From Octopus sinensis (lineage: Eukaryota): DNA of 64,000 nt. The notes under the pieces were generated by a model. That model was not told where the DNA came from. It saw only the letters and a program-made list of their open reading frames with translations, and did not search any database. The DNA is taken from the NCBI RefSeq assembly GCF_006345805.1, contig NC_043011.1, forward strand, positions 40,002,464-40,066,463, read 5' to 3'. A program made the position numbers and the translations under genes. This document shows, one piece after another, positions 63,420 to 64,000 of this stretch. The stretch's first letter is position 1; the number at the start of each line of letters is the position of its first letter.

Positions 63420-64000
63420 ATCATTATCATCATTGTTTAATGTCAGCGTTCCATGCTGGCATGCGTTAGACAGTTTTGAATGAGAACTGGCAAGCCAGGA
63501 GGCTGCACCAAGCTCCAATCTGGTTTGGCAAGGTTTCTACAGCTGGATGCCCTTCCTAATGCCAGCCACTCCAAGAGTGTAGTGGGTGCTTTTTACATGT
63601 CACCAGCACGGGAGCCAGTCAGGTGGCACTGGCATGTTATGTTCAAATGGTGCTTTTTACGTGCCACCAGCACAGGTGCCAGTCATGTGGCACTAGCATC
63701 AGCCACATTCAAACTGTGCTTTTTATGTTCCACCAGCATGGGTGCCAGTCAAGCAGCACTGGCAGCGATTACGCTTGAATGGTGCTTTTTACGTGCCACC
63801 AGCACAGGTGCCAGTCATGTGGCACTAGCATCAGCCACATTCAAACTGTGCTTTTTATGTGCCACCAGCATGGGTGCCAGTCAAGCAGCACTGGCAGCGA
63901 TTACGCTTGAATGGTGCTTTTTACGTGCCACCAGCACAGGTGCCAGTCATGTGGCACTAGCATCAGCCACATTCAAACTGTGCTTTTTATGTGCCACCAG
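63420..64000 (-). mobile_element. RTE-type 3' end with 132-bp (2x66) higher-order repeat, runs off the window
   Basis: gtgccaccagcacaggtgcc at 63661, 63793 and 63925. Confidence 0.88.

Noticed and set aside
53688-64000. Further CDC40 exons
   Set aside because: I searched for the preceding GHTKGV...SMDCKIK-type exon and found none; it presumably lies beyond the window.

Overview
Eukaryotic, AT-rich, intron-rich genomic DNA. Dense microsatellites, tRNA-derived SINEs and RTE retroposon ends suggest a coleoid cephalopod, probably Octopus (inference from the repeat landscape). Two convergent multi-exon genes occupy the window. (1) A plus-strand uncharacterised gene with a long low-complexity N-terminal half and a C-terminal EF-hand-like domain. 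Twelve phase-compatible exons from 4589 to the stop at 30123-30125 give 599 aa; there are two further candidate exons and no start codon was found. (2) The 3' part of CDC40/PRP17, a WD40 splicing factor, on the minus strand: seven exons from 53687 to the stop at 30808-30810, with the 5' exons beyond 64000. Introns are filled with SINEs, RTE and R4/Dong-type LINE ends, a deleted mariner, TTAA and TA MITEs, a Helitron, and many foldback structures. The most notable observations are a minimal type-I hammerhead ribozyme motif linked to a Pol III B-box in a SINE-like repeat (11791-11955, minus strand), 66-bp hairpin-repeat arrays with higher-order structure inside RTE 3' ends, a 1.5-kb foldback with a perfect apex in a CDC40 intron, and a head-to-tail SINE trimer sharing one target-site sequence. 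All calls are by eye; no database searches were run.
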